From Macrostomum hystrix (lineage: Eukaryota; Animalia; Platyhelminthes), in contig CATNEN010000038.1 in assembly GCA_950097015.1 (NCBI GenBank), positions 6,138,001 through 6,202,000 of the forward strand: a DNA stretch of 64,000 nucleotides. The letters run 5' to 3'. Every line of letters starts with the position of its first letter. Positions within the stretch are counted from its first letter, which is position 1. The translations under genes were made by a program, and so were the position numbers. The notes under the pieces are model-generated. The model was given only the letters and a program-made list of their open reading frames with translations, did no database searches and was not told where the DNA came from. Positions 57,850 to 64,000 of the stretch are shown piece by piece.

Positions 57850-58630
57850 TTTTGTCTGACCAGTGTCATCAGTTTAGCAGTGTCATCTGAACTGGGTCTT
57901 GTCCACTGTACGCTGCAGTGAGGTGGTCAGACACGAGAGAGATTTCAGCAGTTTATTTTGGAACTGGCTAACATCATACAGGCCGATGCTCCTGGCAGAC
58001 GAGTTATTCTCATTTTCGATGGTCCAAATTTTCACCAAGGGATTGAGATACCTGAGCAGTTTGAGGATCTCATTCGTCTGCAAATTTTACCGGCGTACTC
58101 GCCGTTTTTGAATCCTATGGAGATGGCGCACAGCGCTCTTAAGAGTGAGATCAAGCGTCGCCTTGTAGAGCCCGCAATCGTGGCTGAGGAAAAAGTTTGC
58201 CCACCAGGCATGACACGAGATGATTGGCGATACATGCTGACGGATCAGCTTGGAAGAGAATCGCTGCATGTCATGTTACTCCGCACAAGATCGCAGGCTG
58301 GGAGCTCCACTGCACTCGAAAGTTTGCTCAGTGTATCAACATGCAACCCTTTATTTGAACGCTTATAACATTATCAACAATTTTTGTACCGCTTGTTTTG
58401 TTGTGTTCCTGCGTATGTTCCTTTTCTTTTCCGACATATAGTTTCCGACAGTGCATCATTTTGTAATTTCGTAAAACCACCCCGTTGTTTTCAATATGGT
58501 TCTCACTTAGCTTTAAAAAATTCTCACTTTGCTTACAAGGTGCGCCCAAAAAACTGGGCTGCAGCGAGGGTTGGCCATAGACAATAGTTTTTTTGCTATT
58601 CAGTCTCAGTTTGCTTGAAAAAAGTCTCAC
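57850..58630 (+). mobile_element. Tc1/IS630-type (DDE_3) transposase fragment
   Basis: RVILIFDGPNFH..LPAYSPFLNPMEMAHSALK; 5' part missing. Confidence 0.75.
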
Positions 58631-58714
58631 TTAGCCGTTGCTTGTCGACCGACAGCCGCCAGATAGCGTTATAGGGGGAGTTGATTTGTCTATGGCCTGA
58701 AGCCTTATAATGCT

Positions 58715-58812
58715 TTTACCGGTTGGCTGCCTCGCAGTTAATGGCGATTACGATCTCGGCGCTACGCGCCTCGATCGACCGCCATTAACTTGCTCGGCAC
58801 CCAACCAGTAAA
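58715..58812 (-). other. ~98-nt imperfect hairpin with GTA triloop and tandem GA/GA mismatches
   Basis: Minus strand ..TGCC-GA-GC..CGATC-GA-GGCGC-GTA-GCGCC-GA-GATCG..GC-GA-GGCA.. Confidence 0.75.
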
Positions 58813-59534
58813 GTTCCAATATTAGCTCGTACTTGCTATCTTATCCAACTTGAGTCGATTTAGGCTCGAGACTATTTTTTAAAATGGAACGAACCTGTCT
58901 TACCTTGTTCTTATCGAGATGCCATTCAGCTGTAGCAGTTTTATTCAGGCTATTTCAACCGACGCTGACTTTGAAGGAATTTTTTTCTTTAACAGGAAGG
59001 CGAGTCCAAAATCATTATTGGATAGTATCTGTAGCCTTGTAGCTATGAAAGCTTATTTGAGACTAATATTTTCATGACTCACGCAGTCAGCATTTCTCTT
59101 TCTTTATCTTCATATCTGTCCACAATGAGTGCTAGCACATTGTTCACTGCAGTTATTCGTCTGTTTGTTTAGGTCTGTTCAACTAATCCTAATTGTGCCT
59201 GCAGCTTAGGCGCACATTTGTGCAATCGCCTAGCCGAGTGCAGAGTACTCAACTAAACACTACTCTATACCATTTCAATGCCTGCTGTTAAGATCGGGGG
59301 TGAGCGGGGACACTACTCGTTGCAGGACAGAAGGCTGAGCTACGATTATCAGCGATTTCAAGGGCTGTTTGTTGCTGACAAACACAATGTGCTGTGCAGC
59401 AGTTGCGGCAGTTCAGTAGTGCGGTACACCCTATTTCAAGCAAAATGTGGATTCTACTCGTATTTAAGCTCAGACTGCTTAAATGCTGATAAAACGAATT
59501 CACGTTTCTGACAAAGTTCCAGAGGGACAAAGAA

Positions 59535-59765
59535 AACCCATTTCTTTCAGAAGTCCCATTTCTTTCAGAAATCCCATTTCTTTCAGAAATCCCATTTCTT
59601 TCAGAAATCCCATTTCTTTCAGAAATCCCATTTCTTTCAGAAATCCCATTTCTTTCAGAAATCCCATTTCTTTCAGAAATCTCATTTCTTTCAGAAATCC
59701 CATTTCTTTCAGAAATCCCATTTCTTTCAGAAATCTCATTTCTTTCAGAAATCCCATTTCTTTCA
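59535..59765. repeat. 18-bp minisatellite
   Basis: (CCCATTTCTTTCAGAAAT)n, about 13 units. Confidence 0.95.
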
Positions 59766-59937
59766 TTAGCAAGAACTGACATCGAAGCTTGACCTCACTG
59801 TCACTGCCAGAACTTCCCGAAGATTTAAGCAGGTATCAAAGTCAAGACTCCAGCTTCAACAACAGCAGCTCTTTATTTTGCGTTCGCTTCCTTTAGCCAT
59901 GCATAAAAAGGAAAAAAGAAACAGCGAGAGAAAAAAC

Positions 59938-59970
59938 CACAGATAATATATATATTATATATTATCTGTG
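59938..59970. mobile_element. 33-bp palindromic micro-MITE
   Basis: CACAGATAATATA..TATATTATCTGTG flanked by 8-bp direct repeat GAAAAAAC (59930-59937, 59971-59978). Confidence 0.65.
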
Positions 59971-61831
59971 GAAAAAACTAATCACATGGTTTCTTATCTA
60001 TCTGTCGTAAACCAACAATAATAAATAAATAATAAATAATAAAGTATGTGGGCGAGAATGTCTGGCAATCAACCTTAACCATGGGCCATCAATGGAGGCG
60101 GCATATAGAGCTGTCACTGCTATTGACGTTGCGCAAAGGCAACACGGTGCGAATTGCCTGCACCTACTTATCATCCCGGACAGTTCGACACGAACAGAAC
60201 AACTCTTCGAGAAAGAAGTGTGTGAGTATGGTGTTAAACACCAGCTTTTAACATTTGACTTTCATGAAATCCACTTCTACGACGGTAAACTCAACAGCAG
60301 CGGAGCGGACTTCTTGTTTGCATTTATGTCCAAATGCATTCGAAATATAAACTTGAAAGTACGGCCGCATCCGGCTAACACAGAGAACCAGCGCCAGCAA
60401 ACAGTGCATCACCGGCATCAACACAGCTATAGAGAGTCACGAGGCGGTGGTGCAACTGGCTACAGGAACTATCGAGCGCATAGCAGCTACCCAGTTCGAG
60501 ATGCCAATTACATCCGAAGCGAAATAGACTACCGCATCAGCACCAACGGCTATGTTGACAGCAGTCGAGATAGCCGCTATCGAATCAGCAACGAGTATGA
60601 CTACAACAACAGAGACCAAAAAAACTTGAAAAGTGGCTATCGTGCCAACATCGGGCCCAGAAACTACCACAGAAGTAGCTTTGGGTACCGCAACAGATAC
60701 CAACAAGTTGGTGTCAGGCGCCTCGATGACCGCCAGTTTCGTTGCGTCGACTAAGACCACCTGTCCAAGCCTCTGCGCCAACAACAACTTCAATCGCCGG
60801 TGGGGTGGAGGAGTCGTTTAGCTGCTCAGCTCGGTTCCTCTAACTCCCTTGCCTAAATAACTAGGCAAATTACATTTAGGCATTTTTTATACCGTCGAAT
60901 CCCATCTATAGTTTTTGTATATTGTGCTCCGAGCGCAACAGGTTTGAAGGCTTTAAACCCGTCGTGACTGGCTCTAAGGACTACAACTCCCACTTTCTAT
61001 GTCGATTTCTACGCTAAATTTAAACTCCCGAATAGTCACTGAAGCACAGCACTGAAAACTAGTTGATTAATTGATTAACACCAGTTGGAACATAAAAGGA
61101 CTGACGCTCAGTGGAGAATGCAAAATGGAGTCACCAAGTTTCCACGAACATATTAGGAATAGAGACATAGTTTTTCTCTGTGAGACCCACGCCAAACAGG
61201 AGCAGCTAGACTCAAACACGCTGATATAGATTTCACCTGCTTTGGAGCAGATGGAATCAAGGCAAGGGGAGTCAACAAAGTCAACAATTATCAAACGGCA
61301 TGGTTTACCTCGTAAAAAATAATATTGCAAAGAAAACCACCTTGGTGCTCAAATATTACTTCGCTCAGTAGGTACTAAAAATAAAGCAAAGGCAGTCTCA
61401 AGAACCGCTGTATATCTTAGGGTGTTATATCCCACTGGAAAATTCTAAATACTACAAGGAAGATATATGGGAGGAGATTAAATATCTCACCCAGCTCTTC
61501 TCAAGAGTGGGCTCCGTATTAACAGTAGGTGACTTCAATGCACGAACTGGCACATTACAGTCCAGCAATTGGGATAAGTTTCCCAGACAGAATCAGGTCT
61601 CTGAGAAAAACAAGCATGGACTAAGACTGATGGAAATGTGCTCCGAGACCAAGAGCACGATTCTGAACGGAATGACTCAGGGCCACATTATGGGAAATTA
61701 CTAGTAGCGCACTAGGCCGAAGTACCATAGACTACGCTATTGCATCCATGGATAAAATGGATATTATAAATTACTTCTTTATTCATCATCAAAGCTTTCT
61801 GTCCAGACATTGCCCGCTAACAGTCACTCTG

Positions 61832-62273
61832 GGGGGTCGGTGGCAGAGCGGCTAACTCGTTTGCCTCTCGCACCACGGTCCCTAAGTTCGATTCTACGGC
61901 GAGGCCACATATATTTGGGGCGCAGCCGCGGAGAAAAGGCTTGGGGGCTTGTCGTACAATTTACGCTCTTGAGGGCCAACCTCCAAGGCACAGTTAAATG
62001 TACACTGCTTGACGATAAGAAAGTCAGGGCAGATGTACACACACAACTGTGTGAGCGCGTGCCTGAGTACAGTATCAAGGACAACGGAAGTAGTAAATTC
62101 AGTAACTTCAGGATATATAACGTAACTTCAGTTGTCCTTGTATAGTATCTGTGTGCGTGTGTGCTCCGGAGTCAGCGAGATGGGTAGAATTGCCTCCTCG
62201 CTGGCTGCGGGTCTAGTGTAACCAAATGATGTGCCACTGCCCGCAGCCCTCCTGAAATTAGTATTATTATTAT
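61832..62273 (+). mobile_element. Full-length tRNA-derived SINE inserted in the LINE
   Basis: Box A TGGCAGAGCGG, box B GTTCGATTC, (TAT)n tail, 14-bp TSD TAAC(A/T)GTCACTCTG (61818-61831, 62274-62287); second copy at 45612. Confidence 0.9.
62076..62140. mobile_element. 65-bp micro-MITE nested in the SINE
   Basis: 16-bp TIR CAAGGACAAC(G/T)GAAGT, 8-bp TSD TACAGTAT/TATAGTAT; the other SINE copy has a single TACGGTAT (empty site). Confidence 0.8.
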
Positions 62274-64000
62274 TAACTGTCACTCTGAGTTTTCCTGATC
62301 ATGTCCAACCAGAACACGCAAGCCTTGAAAAACATGAATCCTTCCCAATGCCTCCAAGATGGGACACTGAAAAGCAGGGAAGTTACATTATTTAGGCATT
62401 AAATAACAAACAAAGCGAAGAAATCGTTAGAAAGTTGCTATTTATTGACGCACGCCATATAGAATTCCTGGAAAATTTGTCCTCGAGCTTGACCAACTTA
62501 ACCTGCTTAGAGACTGCTGCAGAAAGCTGCGCAAAGACAATCATTCCGAATATGTTCTGGACAAATCGAGATGAGACACTAAGAAACTTAAGCAAGTCGT
62601 TAAAGTACGTGGCCAGGAAAAAAGACGTGCGCTGGTATCAGAATATAATCGGCTAGCAAAAAATGCAAACAACAGCTCAAGAAACTTAAGCAGATGGACC
62701 TAAATGACTGCATTCAGAAAATGGCGGCTTCTGGAACCTCAAAGGGATTCTGGTCCGGTCTTAGAAGAGCAGAAGAGTTACTGTTCTCCAGCAAGAGACT
62801 TAACAGATCTCAAGCCCCAATCGCTGACATCGCGGACAACCTCACCAAAGTGTTTAACGCACATCCTTCTTTGGGAACCCAGCCGCATCGCACAGATGAA
62901 GCAGTTAGTCCCGAAGATTTAATTAGCTGTGTAGATCTCGATAGAGCAGTCAAAAAGCTAAAGAGATGGTATACTCGAAACAAATGAGCACATTATCTAC
63001 GGATAAGAGATGCTAAAACCCGTGCTTCTGAAGCTATTTAACGCAAGCGTAAGACTCGGCCAGACTCCTGCACAGTGGTCAAATGCCCTAATCACACCGA
63101 TTTATAAAAAGGGATCCTGTAGTGACCTCAAAAACTACAGACCCATAAGCATGCTGCCTGCCCTGGCTCGCCTGTTTGCCTCACTTATCTATGAAAAGCT
63201 AGAAACTCATATTCGCACCCTCGACTTGCTTTCAGCCAGTCAAATAGGAAATAGAAAGGGCAAGCGAACTTCAGACCACATTGCCACTCTCTTGACGTTG
63301 ATCCACAGCAAAAAGCGTCGCATGCAAAAGATCATTTCACTTAGTATTCTTTGACTTAAAAAGCGCATTTGACATGGTCCACCATCCAACACTTTTCCAA
63401 CGACTTAGGGAGTTACGATACTTTATACTTTATACTTTACCTCGTAAAGGTCAGCCCAGAAATAATCGAAGCAATACAAAGCATGTACTCAGGAGCTAAA
63501 TTTCAACTGAAGGTCTCGCATGGCAACTAAAGCAACTAAGGCAAGAAACATAACAAATGGAGTAAGACAAGGCTGTCCCCTATCGCCTCTATATAGATCC
63601 TTTGAGCACAATGCTAAGGGATTCATTTCGCAGCGACACCTTCATTAAAGATGAACAAATCAACAACTTGCTGTACTGCGATGATCTAGTGATCTTTGGA
63701 GAGAATCCACGAGAGTTGCAGAAGGGCCTCGATAAAGTGTCCGAATTTAGTCAGAGCCACAAGCTAGAAATCAATATGCAAAAAAACAAAGGTTATTAGC
63801 TGCTGCCCTGACCCATCAAAGACGGCTAACAAACTATTTCTGCAGGGACAACTGTTAGATAGCGTCAAAGAATAGCAATATCTTGGCTTTCACATCAATG
63901 CTAAAGGAACCGTGGATTCCCGTGCCACAGAGATTAACAAAAAATGTGGATACCCTATTCTTCTCTTAAGGAAATTAGCTAGCCATGGGGCGATCAGATA

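Larger units (their letters stand above)
60047..64000 (+). mobile_element. Decayed LINE (possibly RTE-X/CR1-like): ORF1 remnant, APE endonuclease, RT; runs off window end
   Basis: VLTVGDFNARTG and STIDY (APE); WSNALITPIYKKG..LKNYRPISML, AFDMV, GVRQGCPLSP, LLYCDDLV (RT); many stops and frameshifts. Confidence 0.88.

Noticed and set aside
61832-61905. tRNA gene
   Set aside because: Has A/B boxes but continues into a SINE body with tail and TSD.

Overview
Eukaryotic, intron-containing, very repeat-rich DNA. The style (GC-rich exons, a private minisatellite in most long introns) suggests an invertebrate, plausibly a flatworm such as Macrostomum; this is inference only. Hand-spliced host genes: a large coiled-coil protein gene (minus, >=10 exons, runs off the left edge) carrying a young, internally deleted BEL/Pao LTR retrotransposon in an intron; a Ubc12/UBE2M-like E2 with a long acidic C-terminal extension; RPL9; an LC8-type dynein light chain; a 14-exon GABA-B-like class C GPCR; and three intronless GT32-type DXD glycosyltransferase paralogues with near-identical catalytic cores but divergent N-termini. 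Intergenic DNA holds a Helitron, MULE- and hAT-like MITEs, foldbacks, Gypsy, RTE, mariner and Tc1 relics, tRNA-derived SINEs, 33- and 65-bp micro-MITEs, a decayed LINE, and long hairpins with features of single-stranded-DNA folds (GNA loops, tandem G.A pairs). No CRISPR array, rRNA or bona fide tRNA was seen. All alignments were done by eye.
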